In this document: piece after piece, positions 42,343 through 55,869 of the stretch
Position numbering within the stretch: the first letter of the stretch is position 1
How the letters are laid out: every line of letters begins with the position of its first letter
NCBI RefSeq assembly: GCF_006345805.1
Contig: NW_021833698.1
Location: forward strand, 17,642 to 81,641
Reading direction: 5' to 3'
DNA: 64,000 nucleotides
From: Octopus sinensis
Lineage: Eukaryota
Made by a program: the position numbers and the translations under genes
The notes under the pieces: generated by a model
The model's database searches: none
Told to the model about the DNA's origin: nothing
The model's input: the letters and a program-made list of their open reading frames with translations, nothing else

Positions 42343-42992
42343 TTAACAGCAGCAGGTATAATGAAATCATAGGCAGTCTCCGCGTGTTTTTTCGATTTGA
42401 AAGAAATATAGCCTTTAATGTATATCTCGCCGTCGTAAAAAGAAAGAATTAGCCAGTCATTGAATAATATAATCCTATACACACGAGACTGTCACAATTG
42501 GAACGCCTTCGACTAAGCTGTTCTGAGGTTAAACCGCACCAAAACAATCTAAAGATCGCCAGTTTATTTTTGATTATCGTAAGACACACCAACGAAAATT
42601 ATCTTCAACAGAAATTGGTTGGGCAAAACGATATCATATATTTTGAACAAGAAAACAGGCCGTAATCTGCGCATGAATTTCAACAAGTAGTTCTAATAAT
42701 GAGAGAAGAACATTCCATATTTGTAACGTTTGAAGATTAGAATTGAATTGAAAATATAATTTGGTAATAAGAAAATAAACGAGAAAATAATTAAAAGTAA
42801 ATTGAAGTCATATTTTTAACATGACTTTGTGGTAAGCAATAGCTGCTTCCAATTTAAACATATATACTCAAATAGTTATGTATATTTAAATAGATATACA
42901 TATACACATACACACACAAATATATATATGTGTGTATATGTATGTAATTATGTATGTACGATTGTATGTATATACATATATATATATGTGTG

Positions 42993-43023
<31 letters not shown>

Positions 43024-43852
43024 GTATATGTATATGTATATGTATGTATGTGTATATATATATATTCATATATATATATATATATATATGTAAATATATA
43101 TTCATATATAGATACATATCTATATATACATATACATATATACATATATAAATATATATGTATATATACATATGAATATATATATTTATATATGTATGTA
43201 TATATATATATATATACACACATATGTATGTGTGTGTATGTGTGCGTTAAGCGTGCATGCGCATATAAAACACAAACATTTACGCACATATATGCGCACC
43301 AGCATAAAAACGCTAATACGTTTACACGTACATGTGCTAAACCATACACACACACACACACAACCACACACACACACACACATATGCAAACATGCACGTA
43401 AATTCAGGAGAATGCACGAGCGCGTGAGGAGTGCGTGCGTAAGTATGCGTCTGTACGGTGTATTTGTACGAGAGCTTTCGCTGAAAGCTGCCATGTTTTC
43501 GGTATAATGGAGTAATATGACGTGGTTTGGCTTTCAGGGACTTTCATAATGATCCATTCTGGTCGGGCAATTGAAAGACGCTGATGTAAACATCGCACAA
43601 CTGAAATTAATACATGACAGAAATGAAACTGGATGAATAAGAATCATAGCTTGACAATACATCATTCTCATGTCACAGCTACGCACATTCACATGGCGTA
43701 CACAGAAATATATACAAACACATATACATACAGATGTGAGCCTTCGTATTTACTTCAAAATGGAAGTTGTTTTATATGCATGTCAACAACGTTGAATAAA
43801 AGATTCAATACAGGAATAAAGACTATTGCTAATATAATATTTATAGCCATTA

Positions 43853-44075
43853 CGGCGGCGTAATGGAAACATCATTAGCACGCCGAGTAAAATGCTTTGC
43901 GGTATTTCGTCCGTCTTTATGATGGCAGTTCAAATTCCGTCGAGATCAACTTTGCCTTTAGTCCTTTCGGGGGCTGGGGTGGGGGGCAATGAAATAAGCA
44001 CCAATTGAGCACTGAGGTCGGTCGATATAATCGTAACCCATCCATCGAGATTTCTCGCCCTGTGTCAAAATTTAA
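43853..44075 (+). mobile_element. SINE-B, diverged
   Basis: ggcggcg...attagcacgccgagtaaaatgc...gttcaaattccgtcgagatcaactttgcc. Confidence 0.7.
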
Positions 44076-44140
44076 AACCAATATATATATATATATATAT
44101 TATTATATATATATAATATATATATATCTATATATATATA

Positions 44141-44262
44141 AAGTTAATCCAAACAAGAAAACACAGAAAAAAAGAGAAAAAAAAGAGAAAAAAACACAGC
44201 AACGCAGGACGTGGAACAATTAAAGTATTATTGACGCTCAGGAAAGAAGGAAAGGAAATACT
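44141..44262 (-). mobile_element. Truncated copy of the element at 51470-51702 (tail only, ribozyme missing)
   Basis: Reverse complement tttcctgagcgtcaataatactttaattgttccacgtcctgcgttg...gtttggattaactt matches 51630-51702. Confidence 0.7.
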
Positions 44263-44465
44263 AACTTATATTTATATATAAGACTAACTTTCTCTTTATA
44301 AATGTTCTGAAAATTCCGCACGGCCTTCACTTTGTTGTCTCATTTTATTTAACACAAACACACAGACACTCACACACGCACACACACCACACACACACAC
44401 ACACACACAGACACTCACACACGCACACACATAAATTTTCAGGGCATTTATAAAGAGAAAGTTTG

Positions 44466-44511
44466 TCTTACAGCTGTTTCTGAGATATTAGGGATATCGC
44501 TTTATCAGAGA
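44466..44511 (-). ncRNA. Hammerhead-like motif, group H1 (short helix II; G8A)
   Basis: Minus strand: tct-CTGATAA-agcGATATccctaATATCtca-GAAAC-AGCT-GTA-aga. Confidence 0.5.
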
Positions 44512-44548
44512 AGATGTGAGAGAGTTAAATAGAGGGAAATAGTAGAGT

Positions 44549-44579
<31 letters not shown>

Positions 44580-45269
44580 TTTTCTCCCACCATCGCATGA
44601 CAACCGATGTTGTCGTCGTGTTTACGTGCCCATAACGTAGCGGTTCGATAAAAAAGACCGATATAATAAGTACTAGGCTTACAAAGAATATGTCCTGGGC
44701 TCGATTTCTTCGACTAAAGGCGGTGCTCCAGCATGTCCGCAGTCAAATGATTGAAACAAGCAAAGATGTAAAAGAGAGAGTAACTATATGCTACTTAAGA
44801 CCACGAAATCACAGCCAATAAATCTCATATATAGAGTCGTAGCCAGTAGTTTGGCACATATTTCCATATAAGTGATGTACAAGCCTCTATTTATTGAAAG
44901 TAAGTAATTTAGTCTAGAACTATATTTTTGATTTTGCCTTTTTTCTTCTAGTTATTGAACCATTGGTTCAGATATTAGGTACCGTATATGATGGCCTAAA
45001 AGACGCAATTTTTTTTATTATCCAACAATGTCTTTAAAAATCTTTCGCGTCCTATGCACTCAATGTAGGCTCAAAACGGTATGTATATTTACAAAACGTG
45101 TGCTACCATCTATTGGTGAACAATCGCCTACGGTATGTTTATATCGAATGTGGATGCAATATTGCTTATGATTACCTGTAATAACATAAAGTTATACAGG
45201 TAAATGGAGGAATTAAAACATTATTTTAGTGGTAATTTATTATACTAAACTATAGCCTAGGTTAGGTGT

Positions 45270-45900
45270 TCTCGTTTTCTTCAGCTTTATGTTAACATCT
45301 GCTGGGCAGCTAATTTCCACAACTTTGCAGTTTCTCTTCTCTATTCCAAATCATTATATCAGGTCTGTTGTGCATACATTTTATTGAGGTCTTCACTTGT
45401 ACATTCCACCAGTATTCCTTTTTATTATGAGTGGCTATTGCTTCTACCATATTGAATGTTCTCATTTCTTGTCCTCGGGATTAATTTTCCGACGGATTTC
45501 ATTATAAAGTGTCCTAGTTACAACATCATGTCTCATCGGTTGATAATACCGTGATGACATTTTCAGACAACTGCTTATAATGTGAGTGATATCTAATGTG
45601 TGAAATCCACAAAGTCTGCATCAGTTCTCCCATGTTGCTGCCTTATCTGCATCTCTGTCCCTTTAGTGATATTTCCTGTTCCTAGATTGCAAATGCATAC
45701 CCTATAAGGTAGGAGGTAGTAATCCGGCTATTGGTCCATGATAAACTGCTTTGATGATCGCTGTTACTATCGTCATGAAGTTTTCTAACATATCCTTGCA
45801 CGGTGTTCCGTTCATATAGGCTCATCCTCTCATCTGATGTTATGTTGCGGTAGAGTCGTGCGACTTCTTTGGGCATGTATTCTAGGTTATCGGAATAAGA
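45270..45900 (-). mobile_element. R4/Dong-type LINE fragment (zinc knuckle and restriction-like endonuclease region)
   Basis: Minus strand QGYVRKL...SLSWTN..ITT..GYAFAI*EQEI, CRLCGFH..DITHIISSCLKMSSRYY..RHDVV, KEYWWNVQVKTSIKCMHNRPDIMIWNREEK and VVEISCPADVNI, with frameshifts. Confidence 0.8.
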
Positions 45901-47245
45901 GTATGTATGCAGGTATGTATGTATGTACGTATGCATGTATGGAGGGAGAGAGAGAGATGATATCAGCTCTGTAAATGATACCATACGAGGGAGATCTACC
46001 TGGTTGATCGCCTTGCAAGAAATAGCAACCAAATCCATCTAAAATTCCACTCTAAGGCATCTTAAGATATAACAGGAAGGACATATTAAGATGGCAAGAA
46101 TAAACTAACAAAATAGACGGGGTGGTCACTTGTCTGTTAGTCTATTCGATAAGGAACGATCTACATCTAAGCAACAAAAATATGGTATACTTTTGATGAG
46201 AGAAGGATTTAACTGCTTTTTCTAACAGGTCAAGCGACAAGCAACAGGTTCCATTATTAGCGTATTGTTATTATTATTTTGTCGTTGTTGTAATTTAACC
46301 GCTTGTCAGCACTCATTAAACAGACCAACAGTAAAAGACGCTCCATCCATGATCATCACGTTTCTTCTTCCGCCATAGTACAGCCAGATCTGCATAATCT
46401 AATGTGTCTATCATTTCAAAAGGTGTGGTTTGAGGGATACTTCGGCTGTTATTTCTATAATGCTCAACGGCAACACAGAGGCATTCTCGTGGTTGAAATG
46501 CTTAATTACTTAGTCCAGAATAACCATTTCATTACTAACGCAATACTGTAATAGCGATGTACATGGTTGTGTATGTGTGTGTGTGTGTGCGTGTGCGCGT
46601 GTGTGTGTGTGTGTGTATGTGTGTGTGTGTGTGAGTGTGTGTGTGTGTGTAGACGAGAGAAATTTATTAATTACTATCACAATAAATTAGGTGGCCATAC
46701 GATAATTGAGGTTGTTAAACTGGAAACCGTTATTAAATATGTTCTTGCTAAGGCTGTTACTGCTGCTGCTACTACTACTACAACTACTACTACTACTTCT
46801 ACTACTACTACTACTACAACTGCTGCTGCTGCCGCCACTCTTGTTGCTGCTGCTGCTGTTGCTATTGTTGCTGCTGCTGCTGCTGTTGTTGTTGCTATTG
46901 TTGTTGTTGTTGTTGTTTAAACCCGGATCAGTTCTCATTGGGTAGAGCTCTAATCACAAGAGATCACGTTGTTACTCAAATACCAAAGGCTAAAATCTCC
47001 AATGAGTTCTATAGATGTATTCATTCACACACACACACACACACAAAAGGGAATAGATTTTAAAATGAGGGATATTTTGGCCTCCATTTCTCATAGATCG
47101 GACGAACGCATGCAGGCTTCCAAAATGAGTCGCTATAAATTATCCATTTTTAATGTCAAATGTCACAAGATCACAATGTCTATAACATATACGAATGTGT
47201 GTGTATATATGTTTGCCTGTATTAATATATATACGTATTACACAC

Positions 47246-47290
47246 ACTGTCCGATGAAAGGTAGCAGGTCGAAAGTTCGAAGTTACTGTC
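47246..47290 (+). ncRNA. Degenerate hammerhead-like motif, group H2 (CCGA core)
   Basis: actgt-CCGATGA-aaggtagcaggtc-GAAA-gttcgaa-GTT-actgt. Helix III looks like a decayed ACTTCGAAGT palindrome; helix I and helix II are imperfect. Confidence 0.35.
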
Positions 47291-47465
47291 ATCACTCTTG
47301 TAAAGGTATAATAAATATATGGTCTATAAAAAGTATTGAATAATCTTTTTCATATAAAATTGTTTTTATTTGTTTATATATATATATATGTCGCCATGAT
47401 AGACCGTTAGCCACTACACACATTTTTTCCTCTCATTGTTTCTCTCCGTGTTTTTTCTGTGTCCC

Positions 47466-47499
47466 TTTCTGTAGAAGAGCGTAGGCTCGAAACGTAAAA
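47466..47499 (+). ncRNA. Hammerhead-like motif, group H3, in an element at about 47395-47590
   Basis: ttt-CTGTAGA-A-GAGC-GTAG-GCTC-GAAAC-GTA-aaa. Minimal loopless helix III (ACGT palindrome). Confidence 0.6.
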
Positions 47500-47659
47500 C
47501 ACTTTTTCTATTCCTGAGCGTTATACTAATACATCTGTTTGTTTTTGTACACCACCTGTCTCGTCTTTTTTTTTTCGTAAACTCTCCCTATATATATTAT
47601 ATATATATATATAAATATATATAATATATAATATATATATATATTTATTATATAGAAGG

Positions 47660-47710
47660 AGCTTCTACAGGACTAGTACTGTTTCATTCAAGAGAAATCT
47701 TCAGGAAGCT
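47660..47710 (-). ncRNA. Type I hammerhead ribozyme, near intact (group H4)
   Basis: Minus strand: AGCTTC-CTGAAGA-TTTC tctt GAAT-GAAA-CAG tactagtc CTG-TA-GAAGCT. Helix I has 6 perfect pairs, the core is canonical, and helix III has 4 pairs inside a near-palindrome. Predicted GUA cleavage between 47666 and 47665. Confidence 0.75.
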
Positions 47711-48425
47711 ATTTAACAAGAATTGTATTAGCATTTATACATTTAGGCAGGTTTAAAGGAGTGGGTGGGGTGGGGGACTTTTTTGGGGGTAGGCATAGCG
47801 CAAATATCATACTTGGGGGAGTGGTCAAGGATCAGTGGTAAGTTAGATGAAAGAATAGATAAATAAAAAAATAAAATCAAAAAATAAAAAATAAAAAATA
47901 AAAAAATAAAATTAAATGTGTGCACATACATACATAAACCCATATACATACACACACACATACGTACACATGTGTGCCTATACATACCTACACATACACA
48001 CATACACATACATATATATAACTATATACATACACACATATCTTATATATATATATCTATATTATATCTATATATATATATATAACACAATCCAATACAG
48101 GCCCATTCCCTAATTTTAATTTTATTTCTTCATTTATTACTTTTGTTATCTTTGATCGCTAGAGCTAAGATCCTGGCGATGGCAGCATGTCCAAATTGTC
48201 TGTCTACTAGAAGGCAAGTACTCGTTCCCGCACGCACACACATTAGCACGTACATACACCCATTCGTACACTCATACACATACACGTACGCACGCGTTAT
48301 ATTCATACATACAAACAAACATCTACATACGTTCACGTATATACACATACGTACTCGTACCTACAGATTCATGTCTACACTTAGGAGGCTAGTCTATATA
48401 TATACACCAATAAAATATAAATATA

Positions 48426-48457
<32 letters not shown>

Positions 48458-48526
48458 CACATATACACATACACACACACACACATATATATATCCTACA
48501 TACCGATACATACCTATATATATATA

Positions 48527-48558
<32 letters not shown>

Positions 48559-48807
48559 TAGATATATATAATATATATATAATTATATATGTATGTATTT
48601 ATGTTTATATTTGTGTGTGTATGTATGCGTGTCCTGAGGTCGATTTGTTCAATTAAAACTCTTCAAACCGGTGTCCCAGCATGGCCGCAGTCAAATGATT
48701 GGAACGTGTAAAAGATAAAAAGATTAAGATATATCTATACATGTACGTATGTATGCATGTATGTATATGTATATTTATATATATATATAGATATATAGAT
48801 ATATGTC

Positions 48808-48843
<36 letters not shown>

Positions 48844-48948
48844 GTATGTGTGCGTGTGTGTATGTGCATCAATCGTTATTAATCCAAAGAAGTATAGAAT
48901 TAATACTTTAAAAAGACGTTTAAATGCTCGAAGAATATATGAGAATTT

Positions 48949-48984
<36 letters not shown>

Positions 48985-50019
48985 AATCAGCTTCTCCTTT
49001 GATTTTCAAAAATGTATGGTGTCTAGAGCTGTGGTCGCAAATTCTGTCTTTTCTGGGCGTTGTGGTAAAAATCGTTTGGTTTTTTATAGGAAGAACGCGA
49101 CTCACAGCGCAATCAGTAAACGCATAAATATGTACGTGTATATGCATTTACGTATGCATACATGCATGTATGCATGTATGCATGCATGTATGTATGTATG
49201 TATGTATGTATGTATGTATGTATGTACTCTTTTATTTTTTTATTTGTTTCACCCATGCGGCTGCAATCATGCTGAAGCGCCACCCTATATGTATGCACGC
49301 ATGTATGCATGTATTATATGTAAGTAAAGATGTATGTATGTATTTATGTATGTATGTATTTATGTATGTATGTATGTATGTATGTATGTATGCATGTATG
49401 TATAGATATATTAGTAGATAGATAGATAGATTTCTGTATATATGCATATATATATATATATATACATATATATACATATATGTGACATATATATACATAT
49501 ATATATATATATATGTATGTATAATTATATATGTATGTATATATATATATATATGTGTATATATATATATTCATATATTATATATGTATATACGCACACC
49601 GGTACACACACACACATGCACATGTGCATATATTCATGTGCGTGAGTAAGTGTGTATGTATGTGTGTGTATGTATGTATGTGTGTGCGTGTGGTGTGTGT
49701 GTGTGTGTGTGTGTGTGTGTGCATACATGCTGTTATAATTATTGATTGCTTGAGCATGCCAATTGGTGTATGATTAGTTTTCTTGCATAAAAGGGAGGCA
49801 ATAAATCCGAGTGACATTTATGCCTTTCCCAAGAGAGTCAGCCAGTTTATTTAAGTGTAATGAAACGGCTTCTGTCATGCAGTGAAGCCACATCAGGCAT
49901 TTGTTTAAAGGTTATACAATTAGGTAACATTCCTCTGCCTTTCGAACGTTCATATCAGGTTGGCCGTTTGGTTAAAAAGTTTGCTTCGCAATCTCGTTCT
50001 GCGATTCGATTCTGTCTTT

Positions 50020-50575
50020 TCTTTTAACTGTTCCAGTCGTTGTACTGCGGCCATGCGGGAGCATCACCTTAAGGTGTTTTAGTCGAACAAATCGACCCCA
50101 GGTCTTATACTTTCTGAGCCTAGTACTTATCCTATCGTTGTTTGTTGTCAAACCGCTAAGTTACGAGGGAGGTAATAAAGAAAATAAGACGGGCTTATTT
50201 CAGTTTCCGTCTACCAAATCCACTCACAAGGCATTGGTCGGCCCGAGGTAAAAGTAGAAGACACTTGCCCGAGACACCTACCCAAGGTTCCTCGTACTTA
50301 TCGTTTTTTGTTGTCGAACCGCTGAGTTACGTGGGCGGTAAACATATCAGCATCGGCTCTCAAATGATAGGGCGGTCAAATACAGACACAATCACACAAA
50401 TACAACCACACACGCATATATTTACGAGACAGGCTTCTTTCAGTTTTCATCTACCAAATCCACTCATAAGGCCTTGGTCGCCCGAGGCTATAGTAGAAGA
50501 CAATTGCCCAAGGTTCCACGCAGTGGGAATTGAACCGAGAACCATGTGATTTGGAACCAAGCTTCTTACCACATG
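50020..50575 (-). mobile_element. Two partly overlapping SINE-A copies
   Basis: Head segment tttcagttt..tctaccaaatccactca occurs twice (about 50200 and 50440). Confidence 0.75.
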
Positions 50576-50781
50576 TTTAATTTTTTTTTTATATTTATAT
50601 ATATATATATCTGGTATTTATTTTCGCAGATCTTTTGTCGAAAAGGTAAGTTACGGGGAACATAGGAATGTAAACAAACCAACACGGTTTGTCAGGTAGT
50701 GTGGGTAACGAAAACAGACACATCACATAGACGTATGCGAATGCATACACATATATATATGTATGTGTGTGTATGTATTTT

Positions 50782-51190
50782 TATTAAGAAGTTTGCTTCC
50801 CAACCACATGGTTCAGTCCCCCGAGTTCAGTCCCACTGCGTAACACTTTGGACAAGTATCTTCTACTATAGCCCTGGACCGACCAAAGTCTCGTGAGTGG
50901 ATTGATAAATGGAAACTGACAGAATCCCGTCGTATATATAAATATGTGTGTGTGTGTGCACGCACGTGTGTACATGTCTTTGTGTCTGTGCTTGTCCCCC
51001 ACCACCATTTGACAACCGTTGTTAGTATGTTTACGTCCCCATAACTTAGCGGTTCAGCAAAAGACACCGATAGAGTAAGTACCTGTCTTTAAAAGCTATA
51101 AGTACTGGAGTCAATTTATTCGACTAACAATTCTTCAAAGCAGTGCCCCAGCATAGCCACCACCTAATGATTGAAACAAGGAAAGCGTAG
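50782..51190 (+). mobile_element. SINE-A
   Basis: aagtttgcttcccaaccacatggttc head through cagcatagccaccacctaatgattgaaacaag tail. Confidence 0.8.
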
Positions 51191-51576
51191 AAGACATATA
51201 AATACATAAGCATATACACATATGTGTATATTCTTTTATTCTTTTATTTATTTGATTTATTAGACTGCAGCCATGCTGGAGCACAACCTTTTTTTTTTTT
51301 TTGTCAAACGAATCGATTCCAACACTTTAAAAAAATTTTTTAAGCCAAGTATTTATCCTATCGGTCTCTTTTGCCGAACTGCTAACTTACAAGAACATAA
51401 ACATGCCAGCACCTATTGTCAAGCGGTGGTGAGGGACAAATACAGATACGTGTATATATATATATAAAAATATCTTCACCCATTCTCTTCCGGTCATTCA
51501 AAATGTGACCGCATGTGTACCGTTGACGATTTTTTTTCCTCCGTCTTCCCTTCCGTGGATCTTTCCTTTTCCTATG

Positions 51577-51609
51577 TTTCTGACGAAGAACTCCGCTCAA
51601 AACGTTAAA
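51577..51609 (+). ncRNA. Hammerhead-like motif related to H3 but with canonical CUGA, in an element at 51470-51702 nested in the microsatellite of a minus-strand SINE-A (about 51225-52100)
   Basis: ttt-CTGACGA-A-GAAC tcc GCTC-AAAAC-GTT-aaa. G12 is mutated; spacing is the same as H3. Confidence 0.5.
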
Positions 51610-51722
51610 TCCTCCTTCTTTCCTTCCTTTCCTGAGCATCCAATAACACTATACTTGTTCCACGTCCTCGCGTTGTTGTGTTTTCATGTTTGGATTAACT
51701 TTATATATACATATATACATAT

Positions 51723-51788
<66 letters not shown>

Positions 51789-51815
51789 ATATATATATAT
51801 ATATATACATATAAT

Positions 51816-51850
<35 letters not shown>

Positions 51851-53231
51851 TAGTATTATATATATATATATATATATATATCTATATATTATATATTTAT
51901 TATTATATATATTATACACACAAACTAAATTATAATATAAATACACGACGAGCTTCTTTCAGCTTCAGTGTACCAAATCCACTCCCAAGGAGTGATCGGC
52001 CCCGGGCTATACTAGAAAACACTTGCCCAAAGTGCCGTGCAGTGGGACTGAACCCGGAACCATATGATGGCTGAGAAGCAAGTTTCTCAGTACAGAGCCA
52101 CTAACACCAGATTTTTTCTTTTGCTTGAATTCTATTGTTACTTTATTTTATATATTCCGGAGCCGCGCGTAAAGACTTGGCCGAATGCGTGTTAATTCTT
52201 AATATTTCATATATCCAATATATTTTCGGTTTGCAGAATGTTGCCCTGTGGCACTCTTCTACAGCCATATTATTCGCATGTCATTTTGTGTTTGATTTTC
52301 ATATTCTTTGCTAGAAAATAATTTCCTTAAAATTCTCAAAATTGCGTATTTTTCTCAAAGAAAGAGATGAGTAATAAAAAAAAAAAAAAAACGCCGAATG
52401 TTTCACAACGGAACTATAGCCTCAATCTGAGTCAGGCTATATTTAAGCACGGTTTTCGCATCTTAAATGATCACAATAGACCGAACTATAAGGACGATGG
52501 AACCGACAATCAGTGGTAAAACTGATGTGCGAACGAACAATAACCTCGCCATCCCCATAAATGAAAGAAAAAAAGAATTATAGGGGACTAACATTTCGAA
52601 GTATTACACTGACTGGTCGAATATTCGCCATTTCTCTTAAGCATTTTAATTTCTTTAACTATAAATGGCGTTATTTTTAAACATAAAACAAAAGCAATTA
52701 CTAATGAGTTACAATTTCATTACCAGGTTTCGCTTTGCTGTGTGTAATTGAGCTATCAATCCGTCTGATCGCTATAACTACATTTATCTATAAATAGTGC
52801 TATTATTTTGAACTCAACGGCTGCAAATGTATTAATATGTATTTAAATGCAAAATCAGTTGTGCTGTTGAGGTATAGGAGATCAAAACTTGTACTACGCG
52901 ATAATTGAACATTGAAAACAAAATCGATTAATCGTGTCTTTATATTTCTTCGTGATTTGTTTTGTTTTTGTTTTGTTTTTTGTTTTTTTAATGTTTTTTT
53001 TTAATGCTATTTCCTCTTTTATTGTTATTCTTCACAACCACATAAAGTGTTTAACACTCAGAAAATTAACCTAATTCCCTGTATAAAAGAGGTAAAAGAA
53101 AAAAAGTAGGCCGAAGACACGATACACATTCATATACACACAAACATGAGTGTGTGTTGGCCTGTATCTGTGTGTTTGTGTGTGTGTGTGTGTTGGCCTG
53201 TATCTGTGTCTGTATGTAGGTCTGTATCTGT

Positions 53232-53254
<23 letters not shown>

Positions 53255-53268
<14 letters not shown>

Positions 53269-54150
53269 CAGTCCCACCGCGTGCTATCTCTGGCAATGAT
53301 CTTCTGCTTCCGCCTCCAGTCGCATAACGCCTTGTGAGAAGATTTAGTAAACGGAAACTAAAAGAAACCCATTGTATATGAGTGTGTGTGTGTATGTGTA
53401 TTTCTGTCTGTGTTTGACCCCCACCACTGGTTCACAACCGGTGTTCTTTTGTTTACGTTCCTCTAAGTTAGGAATCCAGCAAAAGAGACCGATATAATAA
53501 GAACCGGGCTTTTAAAAAGATAACTACAGGGTTCGATTTGCAAGACTAAAATTCTTCAAGCTGGTGCTCCAGCATGGCCGCAGTTAAATAGTTTAAGGAT
53601 ATAACACAATATAGAAGATAAAAGATTCTATATCAATAGGCTGTGTGGTAAGTAGCTTGATTACCAACCACATGGTTCCGGGTTCAGTCCCACTGCGTGG
53701 CACCTTGGGCAAGTGTCTTCTACTATAGCCTCGGGCCGACCAAAGCCTTGTGAGTGGATTTGGTAGACGGAAACTGAAAGAAGCCCGTCGTGTATATGTA
53801 TATGTTTATGTATGTGTGTGTGTGTTTTGTGTGTCTGTGTTTGTCCCTCCAGCATCGCTTGACAACCGATGCTGATGTGTTTACGTCCCCGTAACTTAGC
53901 GGTTCGGCGAAAGAAACCAATAGAATAAGTACTAGGCTTACGAAGAATAAGTCCTGGGGTCGATTTGCTCGACTAACGGTGGTGCTCCAGCATGGCCACA
54001 GTCAAATGACTGAAACTAGTAGAAGAGTAAGGAACCGATAGAATAAGTTCTAGGTTTAAGGAGAATAAGTCCTGGAGTCGATTTGCTCGACTAACGGTGG
54101 TGCTCCAGCATGGCGACAGTCAAATGACTGAAACTAGTAAAAGTGTAAAA
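53255..54150 (+). mobile_element. Two tandem SINE-A copies, the second with a duplicated 3' tail
   Basis: Full copy from ggctgtgtggtaagtagc at 53639. aaccgatagaataagt...ggtggtgctccagcatgg...gactgaaactagta is repeated at about 54032-54145. Confidence 0.9.
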
Positions 54151-54342
54151 CAAAGAGTAAATATGAATGGCAAATGAAAGACGGATGCTGGAATATACGA
54201 GAATCTATTGTTAATCACGACAATCTCCCGCCTTTCATTTGCCATATACATAACGATCACTATGAAAATGACCATGCTTTACCAGTAAGCTACCAGGTGT
54301 AAACTATTTGTTTTATTATAAATATATATATATATATATATA

Positions 54343-54571
54343 TTTCTTTACTACCCACAAGGGGCTAAACACAGAGGGGACAAACAAGGACAGACAAAGG
54401 GATTAAGTCGATTCCATCGACCCCAGTGCGTAACTGGTACTTTATTTATCGACCCCGAAAGGATGAAAGGCAAAGTCAACCTCGGCGGAATTTGAACTCA
54501 GAACGTAACGGCAGACGAAATACGGCTACGCATTTCGCCCGGCGTGCTACCGTTTCTGCCAGCTCGCCGCC
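54343..54571 (-). mobile_element. SINE-B, full length, young
   Basis: Near-consensus match to the 40922 copy, from ggcggcgagctggcagaaacg to ttgtgggtagtaaagaaa. Confidence 0.9.
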
Positions 54572-54616
54572 TTTTATTATAAATATATATGCGTGTGTGT
54601 ATGAGTGTGTGCGTAT

Positions 54617-54648
<32 letters not shown>

Positions 54649-54667
54649 GTGCGCGCGCGTGTGTGTG

Positions 54668-54716
<49 letters not shown>

Positions 54717-55342
54717 ACATAAACACAAATATATAACAGAATAAAACAAAACTCGAACTAAAAGTCGGAGGGGAACGGGTTTACCTGCATCGGCTTTGTA
54801 TAACACCCTTGTCCATGGTTACGTTTATGTGTATGGACGGACACACACACACACACACCACACACACACACACCACACACACACACACCACACACGCGCA
54901 CACACACACACACCGCACACGCGCGTACACACACAGTGTTGCGATTTTGCGATTGCTAGTTCAATCTCATCAGTAGAGGAACACTGTTTACGCGTGTAAC
55001 AGACCTGCAAATTCAAATTTTCGCCTAGTTTCTGTTATCAGCTTTGAAATATTGAGCACTATGTTTATTATATAAAGATATTTCGAAAGATGCACTGAGC
55101 CATAACGATGTGACTAAGAACTGTCTTTCGAAACCGTATGGTTCCATGCTTCATTCGACTTCGTGAAACCTTGTAGGAGTGCATTTTTGTATAAGCTTGC
55201 ATTGAGCATTAGTTTTTTTTTGTTTTTTTTTAGGAAGCGGCACAGAACCCGCTCATGTGTATGCATCTGAATGTGAGGTGCTTTTGTGTTTATGCCAATG
55301 TGAGTGTATGTGTAACTGTGTATATGTATTTATGTTGTGTCA

Positions 55343-55378
<36 letters not shown>

Positions 55379-55869
55379 CTATGTTTGTGTGTGTGTGTGT
55401 GGTGTGTGCATGTATGTGGGTTGTCTCATTACGACGATAAACAAGATTAGGCAAAAAAATAAAATAACGGCAGCATTTAGATAGAATACACCTCCAAGAA
55501 TCTTATAAAGAAAGTTTATATTTGTGACAAGGATTTAGGGGGCTTGTGCAACAACAAAAAACATGTAAGAAAATATCTACCGTAGGAATGAAACACGATA
55601 AATTGAAAAATTACAAAAAAAATGTTTCTTTTTTTCAAGGAAGCCAATAAATACGAAACAGAACTGAAATGTTAGAGGGTTATGAAAAGAGAAGGGAAAT
55701 AACATTAGGAATGCGATAACGTTAAAATGTAAGCCAAAAATAAGAGTACAGAATACAGAATATCATGCTAAAACGATGGCAAAGGAAGGACTTATATGGC
55801 CTGCACCTGAGTAGTCCTAAGCATGATGTGTGTGTGAGTGCGTGTGTATGTGTATGTATATATATATAT

